DNA of 64,000 bases from an uncultured Chloroflexia bacterium (GTDB taxonomy: Bacteria > Chloroflexota > Anaerolineae > CG2-30-64-16): assembly GCA_963774265.1 (NCBI GenBank), contig CAVZDU010000003.1:224001-288000 (forward strand), in the 5' to 3' direction. Both the position numbers and the translations under genes were made by a program. Under the pieces are notes generated by a model that saw only the letters and a list, made by a program, of their open reading frames with translations, ran no database searches and was not told the origin of the DNA. Each line of letters opens with the position of its first letter. Within the stretch, counting starts at the first letter, position 1. Shown here one piece after another: positions 21,435 to 31,834 of the stretch.

Positions 21435-21606
21435 GCGGGGCACACATCTCAATTCGGGGGCATGATCGGGGCTGAAGCCCGCCGAGGTGAAGAGAAGGCG
21501 GTGGGCAACGCGGTCAGAAACGGGCGCTTGAGCACGGGCCGGGTGCGAGGCTGATGGTATGCCAGGGTCAACTTGAAGTCGGGACGTTGGCCTACTGGCC
21601 GTCAGG

Positions 21607-21789
21607 TTACTTGACCAGCTTCGCCAGCGCCGCCAGATCCTCGGCATTGCTAATCAGGATGCCGTTTTCTGCAAGCGTGTCAATCTTCGTCTGACCGTCC
21701 GGCGAGGGATACGGCTCGATACGCGTGAAGGCCGACACGGGGATCACGCGCCCCTGCGCGGTCAGGCGGCGCCTGTAGCCTGGTTTCAT
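21607..21789 (-). CDS. Small hypothetical protein or gene remnant
   Basis: About 60 aa ORF MKPGYRRRL..LAALAKLVK directly downstream of the SEC-C gene; no family recognised. Confidence 0.3.
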   Translation of the reverse strand: MKPGYRRRLTAQGRVIPVSAFTRIEPYPSPDGQTKIDTLAENGILISNAEDLAALAKLVK

Positions 21790-21818
21790 CCATTTGATCA
21801 CCCCAGGGTGCGGACGCG

Positions 21819-22659
21819 CTACCCGCTCTGTCGGTCGGCACGCAGATGGCACCGCTTGTACTTCAGCCCGCTGCCACACCAACAGGGATCGTTGCGGCCG
21901 AATTTCCTCCGGGCCGGCGCCGCCACAATCTCCCGAGGCAGGAAGTCAGGGACGGCAGGCGGCACGGGCTTCGGACGCGGTTCGTGGCGCTCCTGAAGCG
22001 CTTCAATCTCCGTCCACACGGCATCGCGCTCGGCCGGTTTGCCCCACGCATCATACATGTCTGCGAGCCGTTCCAGGAGATCGGTGCGGTCTTGCAGATT
22101 CGGCCGATCCAAGGCGCGCCGCAGGATAGCCTCGGCTGTCGCGTACTCCTTCGGCGAGTCGTCCAGCAACCAATAGCGGTCGGCCCAGCCGATGTAGCCC
22201 CAGGCTTCGTCGGGCAGGCGTTCGACCAACGCTCCGAACACGGTCTCTGCCTCGGCGCGCCGATCGAGTATCCCAGAGCGCCTCCCCTTCGGCGCGACGC
22301 ATGTTGACGTAGACCAGGTCGCTCTCGTCGGGAAAAAGCGCCAGAAACTCACGCACATAGCGCACGCGCGCCTCGTGATAGTGCGGGGCCTCTCGACCCG
22401 CATTGCCCAATTCCATCTCAAAGTCCTGGCACCAGTTGGCCACGTGTTCTGCCAGGCCCCGGTGTCGCCGGTCAAAGGCTGCAGTGCTGCGGATGTCCGC
22501 GGTTGTCATCTGGCTGACAACTTCCCACGCCAGGAGCCACTGGTCGCAGCCTGCTGCCGTTTTGCCGTGCCGGACCAACCCATAGCCACCCCTAATATCG
22601 GCATTGAGTTGGCGTAGCAGTTCCCGTTGTGTTGGATGCGATGTTATCGTTGTCTCCAT
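21819..22659 (-). CDS. Helical/TPR-like protein with C-terminal SEC-C motif (one frameshift near 22270)
   Basis: C-terminal GRNDPCWCGSGLKYKRCH; helical repeats; GAGGAG RBS. Confidence 0.8.
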
Positions 22660-22748
22660 ATGACGATCTCCTCGACTGGGCCGACGTCCTTCTGGACGCG
22701 CGCCGCAACGCGGGTCACGAGTTCAGCTTTCTCGATGCGCTGCTCCAT
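22644..22748 (-). pseudogene. N-terminal fragment resembling an HU/IHF DNA-binding protein
   Basis: MEQRIEKAELVTRVAARVQKDVGPVEEIV resembles HU helices 1-2 (KxELxxxxA), then stops at 34 aa. Confidence 0.4.
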
Positions 22749-22770
22749 CATCGGCCATGTCTCCGCTCTA

Positions 22771-23010
22771 TCAGGCGTTTCCTGACCATCGCGTCAGCAC
22801 GCGCGCGACCTGGACCTCGACCTCCGCTCGCGCGTCCCTACGCTCATATCCCTGACTGAGAAGCAGGTCGTAGTTCGTCTCAGAATGACGCACGCGCGAT
22901 GACCGCCAGCCGCACGGCCTCGGCATCCAGTTCCTTCGCCGCCGCGCTCCGGCCGACCCGGCCGCTGTACTTGCGGCAGGCGTGTTCGGCAATGACGCGC
23001 TCGCGACCAG
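22771..23010 (-). pseudogene. C-terminal part of a DUF2293-like protein
   Basis: IAEHACRKYSGRVGRSAAAKELDAEAVRLAVIA / RHSETNYDLLLSQGYERRDAR; N-terminal half apparently absent. Confidence 0.65.
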
Positions 23011-23056
23011 CCGGTCCGGCACTTACAGTGGGTGTCCTTGGTCATTGCCAATTGTC

Positions 23057-23773
23057 TCAAACGACCATTTCGTCAGAATAGATTAGCATGGCGGCTCTCG
23101 CCATGCAACGATTCGCCTCCTCTGGCTTTTCCTGGTCAGAGTAAACGCCGGCCAAAGCGCGCAGAGCGTATCCATTGTTGGGATCTCTCCGGAGAACCTT
23201 GTCGAGAATGCTCTTGGCCTCTTGCAGGCGCCTCTGATCACGGTAGACCGCCGCTAATCCTACATGGGCGACAGGAGTATCATGAAGAGCGAGAGCCTCT
23301 TGGTAGAGTCTTTCTGCATCGGCCCAACGTTGGCAGCGCCGATATGCGGCCGCCAACATGGTTAGTGCTTCCGGCCTTCGGTCCAACTCACAGGCTCGCA
23401 AGAGCGCAGCGATCTCGCCATCCAGGTCGCCGCGCCGTCTGGCATCCTGAGCCGCAGAGAAGGCATGACCATAAGACCTGATCTTTTTGAGATTCTGGAG
23501 TTGCGTGGCTTGGCGGAGCTTCTGTTCGACGCGCTCCAGCCCGTTTTCTGCAATCCGAGTGCCCGGTCGGAGTGCGAGCACGCGCGAGTAGAGCTCATGG
23601 GCTTTCTGCAAGTCCTCGCGAAGTTCGTGGCATTTGGCAAGACGCAGTTGGGAATCCACATCGTTCGGCGCGATGGCCAGAATTTGTTCGTTGACCTGCA
23701 GCGCTACATCGCTCCAGTTGCTCGCCTTTGCGAGATCAACCGCTCGCTGTCTCAGCGCATCGAGTTGGGACAT
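23057..23773 (-). CDS. Tetratricopeptide repeat protein
   Basis: Repeated LA..Y..A..LY..AL..P motifs; GGAG RBS. Confidence 0.85.
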   Translation of the reverse strand: MSQLDALRQRAVDLAKASNWSDVALQVNEQILAIAPNDVDSQLRLAKCHELREDLQKAHELYSRVLALRPGTRIAENGLERVEQKLRQATQLQNLKKIRSYGHAFSAAQDARRRGDLDGEIAALLRACELDRRPEALTMLAAAYRRCQRWADAERLYQEALALHDTPVAHVGLAAVYRDQRRLQEAKSILDKVLRRDPNNGYALRALAGVYSDQEKPEEANRCMARAAMLIYSDEMVV

Positions 23774-23839
23774 GGCGATTCTCCGTGAAAGCCGTTTGCA
23801 TCCGGAGGGTGCAGACGGCTCTCTTGCTTCTATGCGACT

Positions 23840-25015
23840 TTACTGGCTAGCCGTACCTGGCGTCGTCCCCAGCGGACTGCCGCGTTGGTCGACGGGCACA
23901 AACTTGAGGTCAATCGGGCCCACGTACACCGATGTGGGCCGGATGAGCCGGTTATCTGCATATTGCTCCAGGATGTGCGCGATCCAGCCTGCGGTGCGCG
24001 TGGCCGCAAACACCGTCGTGAAGTACTCCGGCGGAATCCCCATGGCGTGCTGGACCGTGGCCGAGTAGAAGTCGACGTTCGGGTAGATGCCCTTCGCCTG
24101 GAGCACCTCTCGCTCGACCCGCTGCGCGATGTCGTGCAAATGCATCTGGTTGTTCGCCTGGCAAAGCTGCTCGGAATAGTAGCGCAGGTGCGGGGTGCGC
24201 GGGTCCTCTGTACGATAGACGCGGTGGCCGAAACCCATAATTCGTTTCTTGCTTTCCAGCATGCCCGCAATGTAGGCCTGGACGGTCTCCGCGTCTGGGA
24301 TGTCCAGGATCATTTCCATGACACGTTGATTCGCGCCCCCGTGCAGGGGGCCCTTGAGCGAGCCGAGCGCGGCCGAGAGCGCGGAGTGCATGTCGCTGAG
24401 GGTGCTGGCGACCACACGCGCCGTGAAGGTGCTGGCGTTCAACTCGTGATCCGCCAGCAACACCATCAGCACCTCCATGGCCTTCTGCTCCAGCTCGGTC
24501 GGCGGCGTGCCGCGCAGCATGTACAAGAAGTTCGCGGGCACATCGTCGGTGGGGTCGGGCGACAACAGCGGCATGCCGCTCCGGATGCGGTGCAAGTCGG
24601 CGATGATCGTGGGCACCTGGGCCACCAGGCGCCGGGCCTTGCGCAAGTTTGCGGCCGGTGAGATGTCCTCCACATCAGGATCGAAGTTCGCCAACATGCT
24701 GACCGCGGTGCGCAGGACGGCCATGGGATGGCTGTGGCGGGGGGTCAGCCTGATCATCTCGACCACCTGGCTGGGCAGCCGCATTTCCGCAACCAGCTCG
24801 GAGCGGAAGGCATCACGCTCCGCCCGCGATGGCAGGCGGCCGCGCCAAAGAAGAAAGACCGTTTCCGAGTAGCTCATGGCCTCGGCAATGTCGTGGATAT
24901 CGTACCCCTGGTACAACAACTGGCCATGGACTCCGTCCACATAAGAGATGCTCGACTCTGCGGCGATCACCCCTTCCAGCCCGCGGACGGCGACCGATCC
25001 GTTTCCTGTCTTCAT
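23840..25015 (-). CDS. gltA: Citrate synthase (Si-type; 2-methylcitrate synthase not excluded)
   Basis: GLEGV, DHELNASTF, GPLHGGAN, GFGHRVY..DPR, YPNVDFYS, RTAGW, RLIRP. Confidence 0.93.
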   Translation of the reverse strand: MKTGNGSVAVRGLEGVIAAESSISYVDGVHGQLLYQGYDIHDIAEAMSYSETVFLLWRGRLPSRAERDAFRSELVAEMRLPSQVVEMIRLTPRHSHPMAVLRTAVSMLANFDPDVEDISPAANLRKARRLVAQVPTIIADLHRIRSGMPLLSPDPTDDVPANFLYMLRGTPPTELEQKAMEVLMVLLADHELNASTFTARVVASTLSDMHSALSAALGSLKGPLHGGANQRVMEMILDIPDAETVQAYIAGMLESKKRIMGFGHRVYRTEDPRTPHLRYYSEQLCQANNQMHLHDIAQRVEREVLQAKGIYPNVDFYSATVQHAMGIPPEYFTTVFAATRTAGWIAHILEQYADNRLIRPTSVYVGPIDLKFVPVDQRGSPLGTTPGTASQ

Positions 25016-25146
25016 GATTGCTGGGTCCTTTCGAGCTGACCATAAAGCCAGCAAAACTTACCGAAGCATACTATAGCCGGGAAACGGCGACACGCATAAT
25101 TCGATCGACTACTGGTTGGCCAGAAGCATGACGAGGTCTTCGATCA

Positions 25147-27537
25147 TCAAGGTTGCGGTGTCAACGTCAGCGTGGACTCCGCGTGCTTCTCCACCTGGTC
25201 GCGCGTCCATGGCATCGGGTGGTACTCGCCCTGTAGCCACAGCCCGACCTGGTCGTCATAATGCGGGCTGCCAAGCTGGCCAGATTGGCCGATTGGGGCA
25301 ACCGCCTGGCTGCTATCGAGGTCGCCCAGATCAATGATGTAGCGCATCGAAGGGGACCAGGCGTCATTGTCGTAGGATGCGCTGGGCAGGATTGCAGTCT
25401 GTAACGGCGTATCTGTGTCACCGCCGACGGGCAGCGGCCCGCGGTTGAATACCTGGTCAAGCGGCTTCTGGACACTGAGGGCATGCGCGAAGGTGATCCG
25501 GTGGAGACGACCCCACTGCCATCCGGTCGGGTCCGGGCCAAGTTCTGATCGCAAGGATGTCACAGCCTCGACCAGGCAGCGCCTGAGCAGCGCGTCGCGG
25601 CCGCCGGCCTGGCCGATCCACCAGGAGTCGGGATCGCGGAGCAGGCGCAGCAGGACCACGGTGTCATGGCCGTAGAATTCGTTAGTGGGTTTCAGAATCG
25701 GGTGGAAAGCCTGGCCCAGCCACCGCTGGGTTAGCTCCGGGCCCAGGACGGGCCCGAACAGGCCATGCACGAGGGACCTGCGGGCCACCTCGTACAGGGT
25801 CCCGCCCACCGAGTCCGTGCTCAGCCGGCCGTCCCAGTCGCCCAGCAACTCTAGGGCCAGTCCCAGATCCCCCTTCTCATGCGGGCCACCTGCCTGCGAG
25901 AATATCTCCCGCACCAGCTTCACGAATTCGAGCCCGGGCAGGCAGGTGACGTCCATTTGCATCTCGCGACAGTCCACCGCGGTGATCTTGCCCCGGCTGT
26001 CGATCATCTCAGCCAGCCGGCATGCGCGGTAGCCGTTCATCCACGCATTGCCCAGGTAATAAGGGTAATCGTCGGGAGCAATCCGGTTATTGCTGTGCAA
26101 CACGTAGCCGGCCCGCGGATTAAGGGCATGCGGCATTTCCTCGAACGGCACTTCGCCGATCCACTCGTGCTCGCCCGTCCATCCGGGCGCAGGGACCTGG
26201 CCCTGCCCCTTGGCCCGAATCGGTGTCCTGCCGGTCGCCCAGTAGCCGATGTTGCCCTGGACATCCGCGTAGGAGATGCTGAGCTGTGGGGCTTCGATGC
26301 GCCGCATCGCCTCAACAAACTCGTCCCAGGTCCGCGCCCGGCCCAACATGGAAAAGCCATGGATGGCTGGACCAGGGCGAAGGGCCATGGAGTTGACCGC
26401 GAGGCGTTGGGCCGGTTCCCCGATCGCATCCGAGATGACCGGCCCGTGCCGGGTAATGGTTACCGGCTCCACATGGGACTCGGCCCGGCCTTTTACCCGG
26501 ATTGTCTCCGGGATCACCTCTGCCTCCAGCCAGTCGCCTGCACATTGGTAGCGCCTGGGGTTCTCCGGGTCGAATTTCTCGACGAAGAGATCCTCGCAGT
26601 CCGTGAAAGCCAGTGTGATGCCCCAGGCGATATGTGCATTGTGGCCGACAAGCACCATCGGCGTGCCCGGCAGGGAGACCCCAGTCAGCCGTAGATCGCC
26701 GGCCTCCAGATGAGCCTCGTACCAGGTGCCGGGCACAGTCAGCGGCAGATGCATGTCGTTGCAGAGGATGGGATGGCCGGTAGCGCTGCGCTCGGGGGAG
26801 ATGGCCCACGAATTGCTGCCCATGCTTCTTTTCAGGAAGAGATCCCCCGCTCCCAGCAGCGCCCCCTCGGCCAGCCGGTTCATCTCTATGCCGGCCGGCA
26901 ACACAGCGGGGTTGCCCGCCGCGTCCGTGATTTCGAGCTCCGCGGCCCGTTCGGGTCCCAAGGCCGCGATCAACTGAGCGCGCACGATCTCGCTATACCA
27001 GGCATGGGACAGTTGCCAGATCATGACGCGGGCGAACGCCATGGTGTCTTCAATCTCCCAGGGTTCCGCGGTGTGGCGCAGCAGTGTGAACTCCACCGGC
27101 AGCCCGCGCTTGCCGGCCTGGTTGTCCAGGAAGGCATTGACGCCCTTGACATAAGCTCGGAACCTATGCTGGTCCTCTTCGGGCAGGATTGCCCAGTCAG
27201 CGCGTCCCAACCGGTCGAAGCCGAACGTGCGGCTGGCGCGGTCCGTGTCCAGTGCCAGGCTGCCGAGCATCTCGCTCAGGCGCCCTCGCGCTATGCGGCG
27301 GTTAAGTTCCATCTGCCACAGGCGGTCCTGTGCGTGGACGAATCCCAGGGCAAAGAAGGCATCAAGCTCATTTGAGGCGTAGATATGGGGCACGCCCCAG
27401 CGATCGCGGATGATTTCCACCGGACCCATCAGCCCCGAGAGACTGAGGGTGCCGCCGACCTGGGGCAGCCTGCGCCGTCCCAGCCACGATAAACCCGTGC
27501 GCAAGAGCCGTCCTGAGAACTTGTCAAGCGAAGACAT
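25147..27537 (-). CDS. Penicillin/AHL acylase family Ntn-hydrolase
   Basis: RDRWGVPHIYA, HAQDRLWQM, GSNSWA (Ser nucleophile), NDMHL, GQSG..SPHYDDQ. Confidence 0.93.
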   Translation of the reverse strand: MSSLDKFSGRLLRTGLSWLGRRRLPQVGGTLSLSGLMGPVEIIRDRWGVPHIYASNELDAFFALGFVHAQDRLWQMELNRRIARGRLSEMLGSLALDTDRASRTFGFDRLGRADWAILPEEDQHRFRAYVKGVNAFLDNQAGKRGLPVEFTLLRHTAEPWEIEDTMAFARVMIWQLSHAWYSEIVRAQLIAALGPERAAELEITDAAGNPAVLPAGIEMNRLAEGALLGAGDLFLKRSMGSNSWAISPERSATGHPILCNDMHLPLTVPGTWYEAHLEAGDLRLTGVSLPGTPMVLVGHNAHIAWGITLAFTDCEDLFVEKFDPENPRRYQCAGDWLEAEVIPETIRVKGRAESHVEPVTITRHGPVISDAIGEPAQRLAVNSMALRPGPAIHGFSMLGRARTWDEFVEAMRRIEAPQLSISYADVQGNIGYWATGRTPIRAKGQGQVPAPGWTGEHEWIGEVPFEEMPHALNPRAGYVLHSNNRIAPDDYPYYLGNAWMNGYRACRLAEMIDSRGKITAVDCREMQMDVTCLPGLEFVKLVREIFSQAGGPHEKGDLGLALELLGDWDGRLSTDSVGGTLYEVARRSLVHGLFGPVLGPELTQRWLGQAFHPILKPTNEFYGHDTVVLLRLLRDPDSWWIGQAGGRDALLRRCLVEAVTSLRSELGPDPTGWQWGRLHRITFAHALSVQKPLDQVFNRGPLPVGGDTDTPLQTAILPSASYDNDAWSPSMRYIIDLGDLDSSQAVAPIGQSGQLGSPHYDDQVGLWLQGEYHPMPWTRDQVEKHAESTLTLTPQP

Positions 27538-27551
27538 GTGAAGACCTCCGA

Positions 27552-28996
27552 TCAGTTCCAAACCGTTGCCAGGATCTCCTGAACCTTTTGCTTCTTCTCA
27601 GGCGCAAGCGGCTTGGGCCTGTAGCTCCTTGATGATCTTCTTGGTCTTGGCGTTCAGCCGTTGACCCAGCGTGGTGCTGCCCGCGGCCAGCCACTGCGGC
27701 CGGATCTTGCGGTCGAGCAGCTTGGGGAACCAGAAGTCGCGGTAGTGGGCGCGTGTGGCGTCGGTGCCCAGGAAGTTGCCGCCGGGGCCGACCCGATCCA
27801 GCTCTTCCACCAGCAGCGTCTCGTCGTTGACGTCGATCCCCTTCATCAGGTGGTTTGTCATCGCCACCAGCTCGTCGGTCAGCACGATCATCTCGTAGGA
27901 GCCGGTCAGGCCGCTCTCCATGTAGCCCACGTCGTGGATCAGGTTGGCGCCGGTGAGCTTGGCCATCATCACCGACAGCGTGGCCTCGACCGCGGCCTGC
28001 TCGTCCATCACCTTGGCGTCGGAGCAGCCGGCGTAGCCCCAGGTTGGGAGGCCGTACTTGCGGCCCAACTGTGCGACGGCCGCCTTGGTGAGCTGGAACT
28101 CGGGCGAGGCGTAGCAGATCTGCATCGAGCCCATGTCCATGTGGTGCAGGCCCGCGCCGAAGACGAACGGCGCGCCGGGCCGGCGCAGCTGGTGCACGAC
28201 GAGGCTGCTCATGATCTCGGCTACCGACATCACCAGGCCGCCGGCCATCGTGATCGGCGCGGTAGCGCCCATCTGCGGGCCCGGCGAGTGTACGACGGGC
28301 AGCCGGTAGTCGGCCATCAGCAGCAGCTTGTCCATTGCCGTCTCGGATTGCTTCAGCGGCGAGCTGGGCTCGGAGTAGAGCAGGATGTGCTGCTGCTCGG
28401 CCAGGGCCTCGTAACCGCCGGCGACCGCAGCCGCCATGTCGATCGCGCGCTGGCAGCTCGCCTTGTCGTTCGTGACGAAGACGAGCGGCTTGCTGGTATG
28501 CTCCAGCATCAGCGCCATCTGCGCATCGTAGGTGGCGTGCGCCGGCACATCCGACGGGATGCCGATGGACATGACAAAGCTGATATTCGGCAGGGCATCG
28601 CACAGATGATAGCCGTTGATGAGATCGGCCTGGGTGAACGGCCGGTGCTCGCCGGTATCGGGATCGAGGAAGTTCAGACAGTCTGAGCCGGTGCCGAAGT
28701 TGACCTTGGTGCCTTCGAGAAAGACGGCCGGCGCGCCGTCGCGGTCGCACATGATGATCCGGCTGGGCGACGGTGGCGATAGCGTCTTCGACCATCGCAG
28801 CGCTGATCTTGACCAGGTTGCCATCCGAGACAAAGGCTCCGGCGCCGTGCAGCATTTCGATGGCTTCTTCGTGGAAAAATCGGATGCCGGTGCGGCGCAG
28901 CGTCTCCAATGCGGCCAGATGCAAATCCTGCATCTGCGACTCCGACAGGACAGCAAACTGAGGTGAGTTGAACGAGACTGAGTTCGCGGTTTTCAT
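27552..28996 (-). CDS. Trimethylamine methyltransferase (MttB) superfamily, non-pyrrolysine (frameshifts near both ends)
   Basis: SSPL, GATAPITMAG, YGLPTWGYAGCSDAKVMDEQA, ANLIHDVGYME, VGPGGNFL. Confidence 0.9.
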
Positions 28997-29043
28997 GCCT
29001 TGGAGGCTCCTTTGAGTTGAGTCGGAGGCGGATCAGCCAGCCG

Positions 29044-30282
29044 CTAAGGCGCGCAGGCTAATAGAGGGATTTCCATTTCTTCGCGCGTCAGGCCGCCGTG
29101 ATGCCCGGAGAAAATCTGCTCGAACCGACCCTTCTCATACCACCATACCGACTCCCCGCGATAGGGAAGAATGACCAGGTTGCCGGCGCGGCCCAGGAAG
29201 GGCTCGGCGGGGAGTTGGGCGCCGAAGAAACCGGACGCGATCAAGTCCGCGGTGCGATAGACGACTGCCCGGCCTTCCAACCGCCGCGCCAGGAAGTCCT
29301 GGGCCTCGTCGAGCGCTTCGTCCCGCACATACAGGAAGAAGTCGCGCGGCGCGCCTGCAGGAACCAGCGGCCGGCCCAATCGGTCGGCTTTGAAGGTGCG
29401 CTCGATCCCACGGAAGTCCGGATCTCTGTTGAGGTAGATGGTCGTTGCGGGATCGATTTCGACCTCGCCATGGTCGGCGGTGAGCAACACCAGCGTGTCG
29501 CCGCCACCGATCCGCGAGAGGAACAGGCGTTCCAATGTCACCAGGAACGTGTCGATCTCGGCTTCGATCTGGGGTGAGTCCGGCCCGCACAGATGGGCCA
29601 GGGCGTCGATCCTGTCGAAGTAGAGCACAAAGTAGGCCGGACCTTGTGAGCGGAGCAGCGCCGTGCGCAGGTTGACCAGCGCTTCGGGCAGGGTGTGGTA
29701 GCCGGCCGGTGTCGCACCTCGGAATACGTGCTCGGAGTAGGTGGATTGCGTGTATTCCTTGTGTTGGAAGACTGTCGACGTCACCCCACCTTGGGCCAAC
29801 TGTTGATAGAGCGTCCGATTCGGCAGGATGCGAGCCGGGTCGACCCTCGCAGACTTGAGCTGCTCGCGGTCTTTTGTGCCGGCAAATGAATAGAGCAGTG
29901 GGACGATGATCGCATCTACTTCCGGCTCGTAGTACTGCCATTCATAGACGCCGCTTTGACCAACTTCCAGGCCCGTGTGCAGGCAAGTGATGTGTCCAGC
30001 CGTGGCTGATGGAAACTGTGAGGTGAATTTGGTGACGGTGCCGTGATCCCGGAAGCGACGCAATGTGGGGTTGGCATCGGCGAATCGCTCGAAGAAGCGC
30101 CAGCCGAAGCCATCAGCCAGGATGACGACGACCTTCCGATAGGACCGCGGCAGCCCGGCCAGCACTTCCGGCGCAAGCACAATGGGTCCGCGGCCGAGCA
30201 GCCCCGCGATGCTGCCCGGCACGGCAGTGAAGTTGAAGCCATCGTAGGCCGGCTTGACAAACGCGGGATCGAGATGGAACAC
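29044..30282 (-). CDS. Alkaline phosphatase superfamily / nucleotide pyrophosphatase-phosphodiesterase
   Basis: LADGFG, FPSAT, DALAHLCGP, TADHG, GHHGGLT..EM. Confidence 0.88.
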   Translation of the reverse strand: MFHLDPAFVKPAYDGFNFTAVPGSIAGLLGRGPIVLAPEVLAGLPRSYRKVVVILADGFGWRFFERFADANPTLRRFRDHGTVTKFTSQFPSATAGHITCLHTGLEVGQSGVYEWQYYEPEVDAIIVPLLYSFAGTKDREQLKSARVDPARILPNRTLYQQLAQGGVTSTVFQHKEYTQSTYSEHVFRGATPAGYHTLPEALVNLRTALLRSQGPAYFVLYFDRIDALAHLCGPDSPQIEAEIDTFLVTLERLFLSRIGGGDTLVLLTADHGEVEIDPATTIYLNRDPDFRGIERTFKADRLGRPLVPAGAPRDFFLYVRDEALDEAQDFLARRLEGRAVVYRTADLIASGFFGAQLPAEPFLGRAGNLVILPYRGESVWWYEKGRFEQIFSGHHGGLTREEMEIPLLACAP

Positions 30283-30352
30283 GCTGAATGCCCTCCGTTC
30301 GTTGCCAGGCCGGTCCCGCCGCTGGCGTATCCTGGCGCCAGCGCTATTTTGA

Positions 30353-31741
30353 TTATCGCCAGGACAAGACGCGTTCGTCTACTTTGTTGTACTGCAAATT
30401 GATCCCCTTCAGGGTGCTGGCAGTGAAGAGTGGCCGCTGCGAGCTCCCGTCCGCGTTCATGACCCAGATCTCCCACTTGCCCGTGCGATCCGTGACGAAT
30501 GTGATCTGCTTGCCGTCCGGCGACCAGGCCGGCGCGGCATTGTTCCACTGAGAAGCTGCCTGGCCCTTGAGCTGAGCATCAACAGCGATGCTCAGGGGGG
30601 TCTCCGTCAACCGTTTGCGGCCGCTCCCGTCGGCGTTCATGACATGGATTTCAAGATGATCGTGCTGATCGTAGGTCAGCGCGACCTTCGTGCCGTCGGG
30701 TGAGTAGATTGGCGACCGGTCGGAGGTGTCTGTCGTCACAGCCCAATTCGCATCGCGCTTGACATCCATGCTTTGCAGCCCCGTGCGCGCTTTGTAGAGC
30801 ACCTGCCAATCGTTTGTCGGATTCCAGGTGGGTGAGAAGGCATATACATCGCTGGGCAAGTCCCGGGGGGCCCCGTCGTTTACAGTAATGACGCGCAGCG
30901 ACCACTGCGGATTAGCAAGCAGGTTGTAGCATGGCACCAGCGTCTCCTTTGGACCTTCCGGTGTTTGGATGGTCCAGGGACAATCGAACAGGACGACGGG
31001 AGAAGTCGGCGGGTTAAGGAAAACCGGCACGGCCTCGGATTCTACCGTTCCGCCATTCTGCTGGTTCACAACAATCTGCGTGCCATCGGGAGACCACGTG
31101 GGCGATTTCGCCTGGCGTAAATCACCGGAAATCATTCGTTCGCCGCTGCCATCCACGTTGATCACCCACAGGCTGCCCGCAGAACCGGCGCTGCTGCTCG
31201 ACCAGCGTGTGAAAGCTACCATGCGTCCGTCGGGGGACAAAGCCGGATCCATCCCCGTCGTCAGCTTGCGCAAGCCCGACCCATTGCTGCTGATCACATA
31301 GATCCACCCGCCGCTGCTTTCCTGGAAAACGATGGTTTTGCCGCTTACAGGCTTTGTGGCTGTCGTCGCAGTGCGTGCAGGAACCGCGGGAGCTGCAACT
31401 TCCGGCGTCTTGTCCGTAGCCCCGCTGACCTTCACCAGGGCGGTGGAACCGCTCACCCAGCCTGTCTTTCCGTCGGTCAGGGCAATCTGCCACCACCCGC
31501 TTGCACTATGCCGGCCAACGATCGCGATGTCGACGCCCTGCTTGAGTCCGCCGATCACGGGATAGTTGGTCCCCGGTCCCGAGCGCACATTGAGCGCTCG
31601 AGTGAGCACGGTCAGGCCCGGGCCGCCCGTGTCCTGCGCGCCCGTGGACGGGACCAGCAAAACGCCCACCAACAGCACCGCCAACAACACAACCGCAGTG
31701 AAGCGATACGCACCTCGACGGTTCCACGCACTGGCTTTCAT
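30353..31741 (-). CDS. Secreted SH3b + TolB-like (PD40) beta-propeller protein
   Basis: Signal peptide; LNVRSGPGTNY..GWVS; multiple P.WSPDG repeats. Confidence 0.9.
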   Translation of the reverse strand: MKASAWNRRGAYRFTAVVLLAVLLVGVLLVPSTGAQDTGGPGLTVLTRALNVRSGPGTNYPVIGGLKQGVDIAIVGRHSASGWWQIALTDGKTGWVSGSTALVKVSGATDKTPEVAAPAVPARTATTATKPVSGKTIVFQESSGGWIYVISSNGSGLRKLTTGMDPALSPDGRMVAFTRWSSSSAGSAGSLWVINVDGSGERMISGDLRQAKSPTWSPDGTQIVVNQQNGGTVESEAVPVFLNPPTSPVVLFDCPWTIQTPEGPKETLVPCYNLLANPQWSLRVITVNDGAPRDLPSDVYAFSPTWNPTNDWQVLYKARTGLQSMDVKRDANWAVTTDTSDRSPIYSPDGTKVALTYDQHDHLEIHVMNADGSGRKRLTETPLSIAVDAQLKGQAASQWNNAAPAWSPDGKQITFVTDRTGKWEIWVMNADGSSQRPLFTASTLKGINLQYNKVDERVLSWR

Positions 31742-31834
31742 TTTCTAGCTCCTCCCGGCACGCAGCCGCATAAGTCAGGATCATTGTACCACAACGAACA
31801 TCACAGCTGTGTAGCGAACTAAGCGATTTTTTGC

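Noticed and set aside
21435-21606. Possible ncRNA/riboswitch in this spacer (also 37012-37224)
   Set aside because: Only short hairpins; no family motif that I can recognise without an Rfam search
27552-28996. Pyrrolysine recoding in MttB
   Set aside because: No in-frame TAG; the long ORF reads through the expected position as GYAGCSDAK
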